Source of the DNA: Octopus sinensis
Taxonomy: Eukaryota
Assembly: GCF_006345805.1 (NCBI RefSeq)
Contig: NC_042998.1
Span: 48,670,001-48,734,000, forward strand
Direction of reading: 5' to 3'
Length of the DNA: 64,000 bases
The translations under genes and the position numbers were made by a program. Shown here in pieces: positions 37,201 through 51,435 of this stretch. Each line of letters starts with the position of its first letter. The first letter of the stretch is position 1. A model generated the notes under the pieces. That model was not told where the DNA came from. It searched no databases and saw nothing but the letters and a program-made list of their open reading frames with translations.

Positions 37201-39399
37201 GTTTTGTGTTTTTTTGTGTGGGGGTTGTCTTTCTTTTTTTACAGAGTCTTCCTACTTGGATATTCTATTCACGTCATAGTTTCAGCCTCAACTATTTTTA
37301 AAAATAAACTTGAATGGCCTTTAAAATCACAAACAGCATTATAGAAGTTTACGATATGATCTTGATAATGCTTTTGAACAGGTCAATCTGAATAAATTTT
37401 ATTCCAAAATCCAACCAAAACCTATTTTCTGCAGCATTCAACTTCATTTCAAGCTCTACAATAATCGCTGCATGATTCAAATTTTCTTAAGAAAGTAACA
37501 CCATTCACACACGCAACCACGACATATACACACATAAGCACAGGTACACATACACTCACACACACAATGCCAAAGAGATAGAGAAGGGGAGAGAGTAAGA
37601 AGAAAAGAAAGAGTAAAAGAGAAAGGGGGACGGAGTGTGTGATGGAAAAATACTGAAATTTTCAATACTGCTTTTTGTATAGATGTAAAAACTGGTATTT
37701 TTATGGAATACTTATATATTTATAATTCACTAATTTAATTGATACGAATAGTTAAAAAGCCATTGTAAGTTACCTTAGTCATGAGAAAATATACGAAGTA
37801 ATGTCGATAAATTATAATTTTTAACCATTAACAATTCAGGAACATGATACAAGCTGAAAAGCAAGCATAACAAGAAACATTTTAAAATTCAAATAATATA
37901 TAAGAAAAATACTTTAAATCAAAATGAAATTAAATTAATTTTTTAACGTCATATGAAATAAAATAAAAACGCTTTCAAGAAAAGCAAACTGTTTAGTATT
38001 GTTATTTATTATAAACAATAGACTTCATGAAATAAATTATTCAATTGGTTTTCTAATAAACTTGATCTTCTTTGAAAAACTCTCCGATTCTATACTTGTT
38101 AGTTAATGCAAGAAAATTATACTCAGAAATATATTTATAATTTAACGTTTGAAAACCCAATGTCAAAAAAATGTTTAATTTAGCTCTTCCATGAGAGCGC
38201 ATACTTGATGCGAAAAGCAGCATAGAGAAACTAGAGACAGGGCTCTGTGGCTCAGAAGCCCGCTTCGTAACCATGTAGTTTCGGGTTCAGTCCCACCGAA
38301 CTACAGTTTGGGCAAGTATCTTCTATAACACCGTGTATGTGTGGTTGTTTGTATTTATGTATAGGCGTATGTGTGTCTACAGATTCATAACTTAGAAAAT
38401 GGAACAGAAAATAAGTACCAGACTTAAAAATTAAGTACTCGAACTAAACCCTTCAAGGTGATGCCGCAGCATGGCCTCAGTCCTATGACTGAAGCAAGTA
38501 AAAGGTAAAAGTTAATATGAACATAAATTTGTGAACATGTTAATATGCATAGGATGTCATTCAAATACAAAGTACTGCTTATTATTCGTATAATATAACT
38601 AATGTTAAAATGTATTAATAAAAATAATGTCTTTCTCTTAAGTATTTGTGGAGGAAGAGCGTTAGAGAGATAGGAAGAATTTTTATCTATCTATGAACAC
38701 ACCAATACGAGTGTCACGCGCGTGTGTCTCTATCTATGCGAGCATATATGAGTTGATGCAGCTTTTAAAGCAATGAATATATTCAAGTACACTATACACA
38801 GACACACATGGTATATGCACATATAACGATAAGGATATCAGCTCCAATAAGAAATTTTCAGAACTATTTGACAGTCTGATGCTTTTATTCATTTTTTTCT
38901 TCCTTTTTAATTTTGCGCTTGTGCATTTCAGATTCAGATTTTGATATCGTTATAATGCGTTTGGTCCTAAATCAGACTTAATAGAGAAAATGTGTAATGA
39001 AAGAGGTTCTAAGTGTTTTTATCTAGTCTGAAATTGCAAACATAATTCGTCATCCGGCTTATACCCTCATCTGGCACCTGGGTTTCTTTTGTTTTGTTCA
39101 GTATGTTGTTCTGGGTTTCCAGTCTGCGTAAAACTTCCCACCACTATCCAATGAGGGCCTTGTAAACGAATCATGGGTACTACATTACCTTTGTGACTCA
39201 GACAAAAATAAACCTCTCAGCTACATTATCTAATGATTCTTTTTATTAATTAGTTAACACGCGAATTCATGTTGCCAGACATTAAGGCGTAAGTTCGATT
39301 CCCAGGCCGAGCAGCGCTTTGTATTATTGGAGTAAAATACTTCATTTCATATGACTTCAGCCCACTCAGTTGCAAAAAGTGAATAACACTTTGCGTGTG

Positions 39400-39720
39400 A
39401 TGTGTTGACTATAAATGTATTTTATCGCTATTTTCTTCTATACCAGTTATATTTAATGTGCTGTCTGCAATCTGGAAGGACGAGGATGTTAGTTTTCCTG
39501 ATTTCGAGTCTCTTTTCGTTCCAATTTTTTGCACTAACCTTCATCGCGTTTTCCCACGTTTTTTCCTATTTTTTCATTGTCCAACGTCGTTGTTTCATTT
39601 TTAAATATATATAACGCATAAGCAGAACCTGAAGGGTTGCTTGGAGATACATGGCGCATATTATACATATGCTTGTTCAAGTATCATAAAAGCATGAAAC
39701 TATTAGTAGCTCTTTCGGCT
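39400..39720 (+). mobile_element. PLE 3' non-coding region related to 4040-4320
   Basis: aaatatatataacgcataa..ttggag(a/t)tacatggc..gcataaaagcatgaaa shared. Confidence 0.55.
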
Positions 39721-39800
39721 GTATATTAAATTGATATTTATTTCTCACTAGATGGACTACTTCTTTTATTGATTGCACAACTATTGAACTTATAAACTAT

Positions 39801-39877
<77 letters not shown>

Positions 39878-39974
39878 TGTATGTATGTATGTATGTATGT
39901 ATGTATGCATGTGTTTATATGTATATGTATATATATATATAAAGAGAGAGAGACAGATAGAAAGAGAGAGAGAG

Positions 39975-40051
<77 letters not shown>

Positions 40052-40293
40052 CTTAAAATTTAAATTGCCTGAGAAATAAATATTTTGTTTTATATATATA
40101 ACGAAAGAATCACTTAGAACTTTCATAAGTAGAATAAAAGTGAAAATCGGATGCTGGTGAGATAATTATGTTGTTATTTTTTTTCTTTTTCTAATACAAA
40201 ATTTTTTATGACCGCATCATACACTAATATATTTTCAGTAAAACTATTTTGCGAAAAATCTTTTCATGCGTTAACTTATCTTTGGATTTTTAC

Positions 40294-40333
<40 letters not shown>

Positions 40334-40335
<2 letters not shown>

Positions 40336-40823
40336 ATTTGTTTCAGTCATTTGACTGCGGCCATACTGGCGCGCCGCCTTTAGGCGAACGAATTGAACGC
40401 TCGATTTATTATTTGTAGGCCTCTCTTTTACTCTCTTTTACTTGTTTCAGTCATTTGACTGCGGCCATGCTGGAGCACCGCCTTTAGCTGAGCAAATCGA
40501 CCCCAGGACTTATTCTTTGTAAGCCTAGTACTTATTCTATCGGTCTCTTTTACCGAACCGCTAAGTGACGGGGACGTAAACACACCAGCATCGGTTGTCA
40601 AGCAATGCTAGGGGGACAAACACATACACACACACACATATATATATATATACATATATACGACAGGCTTCTTTCAGTTTCCGTCTACCAAATCCACTCA
40701 CAAGGCTTTGGTCGGCCCGAGACTATAGTAGAAGACACTTGCTCAAGGTGCTACGCAGTGGGACTGAACCCAGAACCATGTGGTTGGTAAGCAAGCTACT
40801 TACCACACAGCCACTCCTGCGCC
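40334..40823 (-). mobile_element. SINE family B, full length with duplicated tail
   Basis: Head ggcgcaggagtggctgtgtggtaagtagcttgc..ggttctgggttcagtccc; tail cagcatggccgcagtcaaatgactgaaac twice. Confidence 0.9.
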
Positions 40824-40914
40824 TATATATATATATATATAATTTTACACACACACACGTGTGTGTGTGTCTGTGTCTGTGTGTACATAGTTTTTTATGA
40901 TTAATATTATAGAT

Positions 40915-41087
40915 AAGGCAACGAACTGGCCGAATAGTCAGTACGTCAGGCAAAATGCTAAGCAGCATTTAGTTCGTTTTCACTTCTGAGTTCAATTTCC
41001 GCAGAGGTCTAATTTGCCTTTCATCTTTTCAGGGTCGATAAAATAAGTGCCGAAATTGCTGACCTTGTGCCAAAGTTTGAAAACAAC
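40915..41087 (+). mobile_element. SINE family A, decayed
   Basis: ggcaacgaactggccgaatag..ctgagttcaatttccgcagaggtc. Confidence 0.75.
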
Positions 41088-41189
41088 ATTGTTGATAAGT
41101 GCCAATGCACTAATCTTTAGCCTTTCAGTCACTCTGTTAACTTCATCTGGTTATTAGCAATAATAACAATGCATATATATATATATGTG

Positions 41190-41275
<86 letters not shown>

Positions 41276-41610
41276 CGTGTTTGTGTGTGTTTGTGACACA
41301 CAAACACTCGTCTCAAACGTGTACCTTTCTCTGTTCTGCTTGGTTGTCTCTCCATCTCTCTCGCTCTCCCTCCCTCCCTCCCACAGATACTTAGCTCTGC
41401 AACAAATGTGTTTATCCTCAATAAAAACTCAGTAATCACTTTTAAAAATCTTAGTTGTAAGAAGCAAAAGATTTTTGAGCTTCGCCTCTTAAAAGTAGAT
41501 GAACTGATAATATAAACCTAAGCTTGATAAAGATCGCTATGCACATTGGCAAACAGTACACGCATACATGATATAATTGTGTGTGCGTATATATATTGTT
41601 GTTGTTGTTG

Positions 41611-41645
<35 letters not shown>

Positions 41646-42059
41646 TGGTGTATTTACATAGCGTAGATATAATGTAAGCAAGTCACAAAACAGCGGTATT
41701 TGACTCGAGAAAGCACCTCGTGTAGACATACACGTTCAGTGCTAAAAACACAGAAGTTTATCAGTACTAGATGAAAACTGACCAACAGTGGTAGTAGAAT
41801 TTGCTAAATTTATATTTCTGCATCTTTGCACTTCATCTGTAGCAAGTATCTGCTTGCAACTGCATGCTTGCACAAATTTACCTTCTACTGATATACACAA
41901 ACAGACATAAACAGATCATTGGTGTTGCAAAAAGCTGGCAGACTGAATAAAAATTCGATATCAGCGATAGAAATATTAGATCAAAATAGCAATCATTATA
42001 GCTTACTTAACCTGGATATACTGTAGAAAACCACAAAACTGCAATATTCACCTCGAGGA

Positions 42060-42460
42060 AGCCTTTTGTATAGACTTATTGTGCTAGATTTTTTCTAGCT
42101 GAGAGTGTGTCCCTTGCGATCTTCGGGCGAAATTGTTGCGACTCAGTATATACTATGCGTAAGTATATAAATACAAATATATCAAAAGGATGTGTTACTC
42201 GTATAATACGATTCCACAGCCATAGCAAAAATCCAATAATACTAATCCACATAAACAAAAACAGCCATACCAACAAGCCAACATACCTCCATCATCAGCT
42301 GCCCGACGGATATTATTATGGTTTCGACACCTGAGCAGTACCATTCAAATCTGGCGGTGTTAACACCACTAAAATAAGTGTTGTTTGGCAATAAACAAAC
42401 AAACCAAAGAGACCATGACTTTCAAACACATTTACCCATTGTACAACCGTATCGATAAAT
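42060..42460 (-). mobile_element. Non-coding repeat with permuted hammerhead core boxes
   Basis: GAAAC (42325-42321) then CTGATGA (42298-42292) on the minus strand. Confidence 0.4.
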
Positions 42461-42990
42461 CTATTCCATAAGTAAATTACAACCCCTCCTAAATACGTAA
42501 CTAAACAGCGACAACTCTATTAAGCCACAAAAAATTATAATCCCTACCGTCTTCGGTAGTGTAATATAAAAGTAAAGCTTAATAATCATATTATTTCCAT
42601 CAATCAATATGTAGGGAGTGTTAAACACTAACCTTACTAAAACTACATCAAGAGACATTTAAACCAATGTACATTGCATCAGTATTAATAATAAACTGCA
42701 ATAACTAAATTATATGCTAAATTGCGATCCATCTTTAAGTCCATATAAAGAATAATCCCACCGGTCTTCCATAGATATTACTGTAATAAAAGTTCAAACC
42801 TTATAAAAGTTTTTCAAAACAAAACACGACTGAATTTAATTTGACTAATATGGGAGACCAGCAGTTGCCTATCCATACCAGCCTCCCTTCTCTACGCCAC
42901 AGACGTTGTCTAAGGAAAAGGCAGAATGGCCGCAATACAATGACTGAAACAAGTAAAAGATAAAAAAAAAAGATAAAAGATTGAATATAT

Positions 42991-43340
42991 TGGCGCTGGC
43001 GTAGCTGTGTAATAAGAAGCTTGCTTCCCAACCCAATGGTTCTGGGTTCAGACTCACTGCGTAATACCTTGGACAAGTGTCTTCTACTATAGCCTCGGAC
43101 CGACCAAAGACTTGTGAGTGGATTTGGTAGACGGAAACTTAAAGAAGCCTGTTGTATGAGTGTGTGTGTGTGTATTTCTGTTTCATCCCCAAACCATCAT
43201 TTGTTTGTTTACGTCTCCGTAATCTCAGCTGTTCGGCAAAAGACCACCGGTCGACTAAGTACCATACTTAAAAAATAAAGTAGTGGGGTAGATTCATTCG
43301 GCTAAAAATTCTTCAAGGCGGTGCCCCAGCATGGACGCAG
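42991..43340 (+). mobile_element. SINE family B
   Basis: Head and tail match other B copies. Confidence 0.85.
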
Positions 43341-43961
43341 TCTAATGTCTTAAACAAGTAAAACATTAAAGGCAGAACATATGACAGTAAGAAATTTATA
43401 TAAAAAACAACATACTGCAACTACATTTTCATGCTACTCTGTCAAAAATTCTAATATTTTAAGACATTTACTAAAATAGAAACACTCTTTGTGTATCAAA
43501 ACGTTTAGAAAACAGAAAAAAATTAGGCTATCATAAAGAAAAGACAGAGAAATCATTCATTGGCAATAAAAGAAATATTTCATTTTGGTGCATTGATCTG
43601 TGACATTTATGTTACTAACATACGCTCTCCCAAAGCTGTCCAGGAAAAATACTAAGTGAACGCAATCATAGTTTTAATTATTTTATTCCACAATTTTTGA
43701 AGAATAGCCTAGTTGATAATAGGTTTCCAATAAACTAATCACTGGTTTAGTGGACGTCTAACGGTCAGAGCGACAAAAGAATATTCGTAAGCCGGTGGGC
43801 ATCGCCCAAGGAATATCGGTTTTTCAGCAATGTTTGTATCCTTCGGCGATATGTATATCTCTCTCACTCTATATATATATATAAGAATTTTTTGCGTAAT
43901 AAGATAAAAAAAACCAAGACTGTGTAGATGTTAGAGCATTTATAGATAGAAGGTCTTACAG

Positions 43962-43990
<29 letters not shown>

Positions 43991-43994
<4 letters not shown>

Positions 43995-44952
43995 CAACAA
44001 TTGAGGGTAAAATTAATTAATTATTAATCAATTTCACCAAGTGTTCAGTATGCAAAGGGACCATTTAAGGCGAATTCAAATTATTACATTATATAAAAGG
44101 GCTTAGTAAAAATAAATTACTTTGCCACATACTGAACTCATTAGAAACAGCAGCCAAAAAAAACTTTTTTAAAACTATTTCTAATACTTAAAGAAAATCT
44201 CTCTCATATATAGCGTTTGCTCAATTCAACTCACGAAAGTATGGGGGTAAAGACATTAAAAATTCAAATGCAAAGGTTATTTGAGAACGTACGTTTCTAG
44301 ATTAGTCAAAACGACACTTCTTTCGTCAGCTCAGAACTCCTTGGTTCGGATTTGGAAACACTGAAAGTGGGAGCATACCCTTTCAGCTTCTTATCGCTTC
44401 TGAAGATCTGCTCGAACTATCAGTGTCAGCAAATTCGAAATGTGCAAGCGAAGAATTTCTGCTCTCCCCTTTCCACCAGCGTGGGTTAAATCAGTAAACA
44501 CTATGTTTTATCGGTAAAAAAATCCGAAGTATTAAATAGAGAGAGATGAATTATAATTTCAACAATTGAGGGTAAAATTAATTAATTATTAATCATTTCA
44601 CCAAGTGTTCAGTATGCAAAGGGACCATTTAAGGCGAATTCAAATTATTACATTATATAAAAGGGCTTAGTAAAATAAATTACTTTGCCACATACTGAAC
44701 TCATTAGAAACAGCAGCCAAAAAAAACTTTTTTAAAACTATTTCTAATACTTAAAGAAAATCTCTCTCATATATAGCGTTTGCTCATTCAACTCACGAAA
44801 GTATGGGGGTAAAGACATTAAAAAATCAAATGCAAAGTATTTCTTTAAGTATTAGAAATAGTTTTAAAAAAGTTTTTTTTGGCTGCTGTTTCTAATGAGT
44901 TCAGTATGTGGCAAAGTAATTTATTTTACTAAGCCCTTTTATATAATGTAAT
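43991..44952 (-). mobile_element. Non-coding PLE-type/retrozyme-like element: 565-nt unit, 285-nt direct repeats, inverted partial copy
   Basis: 43991-44275 repeats at 44556-44837; 44840-44952 is inverted; (TA)n on both sides. Confidence 0.85.
44282..44333 (-). ncRNA. Type I hammerhead motif
   Basis: TGAG / CTGACGA / A-AGA..GTC gtttt GAC..TCT-A / GAAA-CGTACG-T / T / CTCA; palindromic stem III ACGTACGT. Confidence 0.7.
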
Positions 44953-44983
<31 letters not shown>

Positions 44984-44985
44984 TA

Positions 44986-45025
<40 letters not shown>

Positions 45026-45207
45026 ATATATGTATATATATATATAATACAAATGGGACAAGAACGCAAAACATTCAGAAAACTATACAAAAAACACGGA
45101 CGGGTCATACAAAATATGTGATGGTAGTCTGCCGCAGTCCGAGAAAGACTGTTCTGCAATCTCTGCAATCTCAAGTGATTTGTTTATAGTGATCAAATAT
45201 GTGCAGT

Positions 45208-45404
45208 GCATTCTTTTCTACTCTAGGCACAAGGCCCGAAATTTGGGGGAGGGCGCCAGTCGCTAAGATCGAACCCAGTACGCAGCTGGTATTTAATTTA
45301 TCAACCCCGAAAAGATGAAAAGCAAAGCCGATCTCGGCGGAATTTGAACTCAGATCGTAAAGACAGACGAAATACCGCTAACGTTTCTGCTAGCTCGCCG
45401 CCTT
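45208..45404 (-). mobile_element. SINE family A with 11-bp target site duplication
   Basis: atatgtgcagt at 45197-45207 and 45405-45415. Confidence 0.85.
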
Positions 45405-45832
45405 ATATGTGCAGTATATTATCCCACTTCCTCCAACAAATCGACGCTGCCTGAGGTGCACGATGTATTTTTATAAGAATTTAACTGAATTTAGCTGAAA
45501 GATTGGTCAATGCTTTTTAGTAGAGTACATGGTTATTAAAGATTTGGCTCAATAGTGAGTTCCACACTTCACTCGAGTATCCACTGCACTACGACGAGGG
45601 CATCAACTTCGGGATAGGGTAGCATGAAGGAAAGGAGCCAAAATAAATTATAAGTGTGGCTATGTGGTAAGAAGCTTGCTTCTCATCCACATGGTTCTGA
45701 GTTCAGTCGTACCTTGGGTAAGTGTCCTCCACTATAGCCTCGGGCCGACCAAAGCCTTGTGAGTGGATTTGCTGGACGGAAACTGAAAGATGCCCATTGT
45801 ATGTATGTATGTATATATATATATATTATATA

Positions 45833-46703
45833 CGAGTGGGTACCCAAATGTAACCGGAAACGTTCTCTGTAGGACAAGCCCGTTGTAGTTCAGGCTTCCG
45901 CCGCTAGAAGTCACTTGATGCGACTCTCGGTCATCTGTCTGCCGACCGGCGTTGTCAGGGAGGGGTCATACTGACAATAGGTGTGTCTTTGTTTTACAGT
46001 GCTTCTCTCTTGATCGTCGATTTTTGCGATGACTGAAACGAAGGAACAGCGTGCTTCCATGAAGTTCTATTTTTCTGCTGGAGAAAACGGCAGCCGAAAT
46101 AGTTGTCATGATTCGAACAGCTTACAAGCCCGCTGCCATGAGCAGAGCACAAGTTTCTGAGCGTTTTTCATGCTTTAGGACCAACCTTGTTCAGGGCGAC
46201 CGTCGACCTCCCAAAAGAATGAAAACATCATGAAAATTCATGAACTGATCTTGGAGGACCGTCTCCGAACAATTGACGAACTTGATATGACTGGTGTGTC
46301 CTGGGGCTCCTGCCAACGAATCTTGAGGAAGGAATTGCGAATTGCAGCAAAATTTGTGCTTCGTTTACTCACGGAAGATCAAAAGCAGTCACGATTGAAT
46401 GCCTGTCGTGAACTGAAAAAACAGTTGTAAGTTGATCTGGACCTCTTTTCGAGGTCATTCCTGGTGATGGAAGCTTATGCTACGGAATTTGCAGACGTCG
46501 AAGATGTGAACAAAAACGACAGAGGCGTTAAAAGGCATCACTTCGCAAGAGTTCCAGCACTGCTTTGAACAGTGGAAAACGCGTCTGGATTTATGCATTG
46601 CTTCAAATGGAGAATACTTTGAAGATGATAAAAGTGTAAACATGTAAGACCATGTGAATAAAATAATATTGCAAAACTCCGGCTTCTTTTGGGTACCCCA
46701 TCG
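45833..46703 (+). mobile_element. Internally deleted mariner element
   Basis: TIRs CGA.GGGTACCCAAA; N-terminal HTH (EQRASMKF..KTAAEI, LILEDRLRTIDEL..VSWGSCQRIL..AKFVLRLLTEDQKQSR) joined to C-terminal FQHCFEQWKTRLDLCIASNGEYFE. Confidence 0.85.
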
Positions 46704-46714
46704 AATATGTGTGT

Positions 46715-47187
46715 GCGTGTGTGTGTGTGTATGTGTGTCAGTGTGTGTGTCTTCCCACCACTTGACGACCGAGGTTGGTGTGTTTACGTCCCCGTAACAT
46801 AGCGATTCGGCAAAAGCGATTGATAGAATAAGAACCATGCTTAGCAAGAAAATGTAAGCACTGGAGTAGATTCATCCAACAAAAAATTCTTCAAGGCAGT
46901 GAACTAGCATGGCCGTAGTCTCACGACTGCAACAAGAGATAAAAATAAAAGAAGTGTGTGTGTGTGGTTGTGTCAGTGTCTGTGTCTTCCCCATCACTTG
47001 ACAACCGATGTTGGTGTGTTTACGTCCCCGTAACATAGCGATTTGGCAAAAGCGATCGATAGAATAAGAACCATGCTTAGCAAGAAAAAGTAAGCACTGG
47101 AGTAGATTCATCCAACAAAAAATTCTTCAAGGCAGTGAACTAGCATGGCCGCAGTCTCACGACTGCAACAAGAGATAAAAATAAAAG

Positions 47188-47190
<3 letters not shown>
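46715..47190 (+). repeat. Tandem duplication (about 240 nt) of a SINE B 3' half bounded by (GT)n
   Basis: Both units share private changes such as aaccatgcttagcaagaaaa and gcagtgaactagcatggcc. Confidence 0.9.
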
Positions 47191-47240
<50 letters not shown>

Positions 47241-47731
47241 GTGTGTGTGTGTGGTGTGCGTGCGTGTATGTGTGTGTGTGTGTACAGCCATATACGTATC
47301 ATACTTAATATATATACATCGATCACAGACAAGCCACTACGGTTTTTGCCCGAAATGAAAAGAAATTTTTTAAATACTTGCTGTGTTAAAAGCGCAAAAT
47401 ATATCGCAAGCAAACAAAAATCCTGCCAACAGCGTCTAAGCGAGAACGCCAGATACATTTTGACGTTATTTGTTTGTTGTCATACGTGTACTCGTAGCTT
47501 CATTCCTAAACAAATTTTGTCGCCTCTGATGAAAGAAACAGTGAATAATATATTAACCAATATTGCAAATAGCCGCCAGACGGAATACAATTACGATGTA
47601 CGCAATTAAAGCAGCATTAAATTAAAATATGTTTCTTTATGTCACACTTAATGTAAATACATTGTTGACAGGCAAAATGCTGCAATTTTCGAGATAGTTT
47701 CTTGAAGACGTGTTCTGTGTATGTGTATGAC

Positions 47732-47880
47732 GCGCTTGGCTTAGTGGTTAGGGCGTTGGACACACGATTGTAAGATTGTGGTTTCGATTCCTGGACCGAG
47801 CGATGCATTGTGTTCTTGAGCAAAACACTTCACTTCACGTTGCTCCAGTTCACTCAGCGGTAGGAATGAGTTTAGCCAAG
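47732..47880 (+). mobile_element. SINE family C-like head
   Basis: gcgcttggcttagtggttagggcg..ggtttcgattcctggaccgagcg. Confidence 0.75.
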
Positions 47881-48835
47881 AGAGGGATGGGCTACACCAG
47901 GTTTTCTCGTAGATACGCTGCATGGCTGCAGCTCCACAATGACCCCCACCCCCGCCCACGAAGGGGTTTTAAGGGACTTGTCAATATTTGTGTGTATGCG
48001 TGTGTCTGATGACCTTCTGCATAGCTTCCATCTCTCAAATTCCATTCATGAGATAATGAAAAACCTGAAGCTAGGGCCGCAGTAACTGCCCAAGGTGGTG
48101 CACAATTATCTTGAACCTGATAACGTTTTGTGTGACTGCGAACCTAACTTCTTTACCACACAGCCATAACAAAACAACAATGTCTTTATAGATACATATA
48201 TTTTGCTAAACAATATGAAATGAAATTATAATATGTTATTTATGTTTCAATATTTGTCAATATGCTATAATATATTGTAGATATAAGAATATTTTGAAAA
48301 AGTTGTAATTATTGTTTCAATTTTGAATTTATTGTTTCAATTTTATAATGTATTGTTTAATAAAATTACATTGTTTCAATAAATAAATTTATCATTTAAA
48401 TTTATGCATTAAGTGCTTTATTGATTAATTCCTCAAATATATTTTATCCAATTAATATTTTGCTCGAAACGTTTCGCGATGGGGCGCATTCAATGCGTGT
48501 TAGCATATTATATACCAATGTATGCAAATGACATATGAAATAACATATTCCTAATTTCTTGTGTGTCTGTGCCTGCATGCGTATGCGCGCGCGCGCGCGT
48601 GTGTGTGTTTCTCTGTGCATGTGTTTGCGTGTTTGTGTGTGTCTGTGTATGTGTGTGTGTGTGTGTGAGTCTGTGAGTGTATGTGTTTGTGCTTGCATGT
48701 GTCTGCAAGAGTGTGTTATTTAAGTGTGTGTACATTTATGTGCGCATATGTGTTAGTGTATGTGTCTGCGTATATGCGTTAATGTCTATGTGCGTGTTTG
48801 CGTTAATGTGTGTAAGTGTGTGCGAGTCTGTGAGA

Positions 48836-48889
<54 letters not shown>

Positions 48890-49355
48890 ATGTATGTGTT
48901 TCCATAAAAATGTATTTCGGGTTTTCCAATTTCATTGCGAAACAAGAATATATTCATCGTATCGTTTTTGTTTCATGTGATCATTTGATACTAATTGTAA
49001 AACTACTAAAAGAAAAGTAACACATATAATAATAATTAGTGTCTCGTATATGCCATTGAAAATTTTCGGTTAACTGATATTATCCACGCAATCAGTATGC
49101 AAAAACACCATCGGAGATACTTTAGATCCATAAACAAAAACCGAGAGAGATAACTCCAGCTAATCAACTCTTTCTGTTTCGATTTTTTTTAATTCTATTT
49201 TATCTTATTTATTTATTATTATTTTTTATTAATTTATGACTAAAACCAACTGCTAAAAGCAAGATATGTTTTAAACAGATGAGATTTCTTCAGCAAAGCA
49301 TATTCAGCTTTGTTGGCAGCCCACTTTGAAATGATCATCTCCTAATGGTCTGCAG

Positions 49356-49545
49356 CAGTGCTCTGCAACTTTTTTTTTAACTTACGGTACACTTATATTC
49401 TTTTCAAAATTCGGTGGCACACAGGAGCTAAAAAATATAACTAAAAGTATAGGGGGATAAAATTATATTCAAGTTACACTGCGGCACACCTAGCATCGTC
49501 TCGTGACACACCAGTGTGCCGCGGCATGCTGGTTGCAGAGCACTC
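49356..49545. mobile_element. hAT non-autonomous element
   Basis: TIR CAGTGCTCTGCAAC / GTTGCAGAGCACTC; 8-bp flanks GTCTGCAG and ATCTACAG. Confidence 0.75.
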
Positions 49546-50204
49546 ATCTACAGAATAAATTTATAATTTTCCCAGTACATGGGAAGTGGTGGAGGTGAAA
49601 ATTACACTTCAGTACACGGAACAGATGTAAACAACTCTCTTCTTATAGAATCTTTTTATACACCTGTAAACAGAAAAAAGAGATAGGAGAACCGGTTTCA
49701 ATCTTTACTGAAATTTAATCAGAAACTAAATGCCCTATTCTAATAGGCACAGTAATTCTCTAAATATAACTACTACTATCACGGACTTTATCAAATTGGA
49801 AGAAACCGATTTGCATCAAAAATGTATTCTTGAAATTTAATTATCAAATTACTGTGTGAAGTTGCATAATATGATACTTATTTACAATTGCCCAGTTAAT
49901 TTTAGTTAAGTTTATTTCTAGATGCATTCTTTAGCTGAAATATATAGGTTTAATATGTTATGGATTATAGCATCAAGGAATATGTTTTTAACTTTAAGAA
50001 GAGATTTTTGTCTGAGACAATATTCAGCATCATTCCAGTCAGTGGTGTATATACTTTAAGTATGATCCACAGATGTTTTTTTATAATTTAATTCCATTCC
50101 AATTTCATACACATAGTTTATTTTAGGCCGGCAAGCTTTCTGCAGTATCAGTGAATGTATTATTCCCCGTTTGTTATCTATTGGAAGCGACAGATTTCGT
50201 TTAG

Positions 50205-50312
50205 GCATGTGACTATAGAATATTCGTCATTACCAAATCCCAGGAAACGTATCTGAAATTCTGTGAAGCATCGCTGCTGGGACGATATCCGCCTCGCTTC
50301 GAAATACATACT
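50205..50312 (+). CDS. Candidate 108-nt host exon (ACDYRIFVITKSQETYLKFCEASLLGRYPPRFEIHT), unrecognised
   Basis: Unique sequence, tttcgtttag acceptor, open frame, GTATGG donor; no homology recognised. Confidence 0.2.
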
Positions 50313-50374
50313 GTATGGTAAAAAAGATACACAGGTGTCGTTTATAATTCAATGTTGTTGCAATTGCGTATATC

Positions 50375-50434
<60 letters not shown>

Positions 50435-50548
50435 CTCAGAGTTTTATCTTGCTACCGATTAAATGTCACATATTACATTTACAGATAAATTCCATTTACA
50501 TAATATTGAGGTCTCTTTCTTTCTTTTGTTATCTTACCATTTTTACCA

Positions 50549-50657
<109 letters not shown>

Positions 50658-51435
50658 GAGTATATGTGCGTTTGTGCAAATGAAGATGGAGTGTCTATTA
50701 ATTTTATGTGTAAATATAGATAGCAGTTGTTCAGGTGTCGAAGTTATATTTTATTTAAATCAAAATAAAAGTAAGATAAAAGAAAAAAACTTCTTATCGT
50801 TCCTTCTGATATTCAGTAAGACAGCATTTTTTTGCGCACCAATTTTTTTTTCCACTTTCATCTTAACAGAATTTACCGTTCCTGAAGCAGAAGATTCTCA
50901 AACAATTCTTCAGGTTCAAATCACAAATTAATCTTATTTTTCTAATTTAAACCCAGTTTATCTTTTACTTCTGTGCATGACTTTTAAGATTATAAACAAC
51001 CTTAGTTGCATTAGCAATAGTTGATGTAATTTCTTTCTATTTAAACTGTGTAACTGCGCATGACAGAGCAGCCGTCAATCTAATTTCCACTAGCTGGCAA
51101 ATTGTGATAAACGCCGTTTATTTTGATCACCATTACTTTTTTCTTTTTTCCCTCTGAAGATAATTAATTCTGCTGAAAATATTCACTGATTATCTCTTAA
51201 ATTTGATGAAGATAGATAAGATTATTAACTATGAGTTTGTTTTTTCATATATTATTTGATTAAATTTGTTCGTGGATTAACGAAAACAAAAACATCGAAA
51301 AACAGTATCGGCTCTTATCTAATGTCATATCAGTTTCAATGGCTAGGCTTCATTAGGATATGTGACTGTGTGGGGGAGGGGACTGCATGCGTGCGTGCGC
51401 GCACATGTGTGTGTGTGTGTGTGTGTGTGTCGAGA

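Noticed and set aside
47526-47545. CTGATGA-AA-GAAAC
   Set aside because: No room for stem II and no stem I or III pairing
49240-49350. Possible hAT transposase remnant beside the hAT MITE
   Set aside because: No frame gave a recognisable motif
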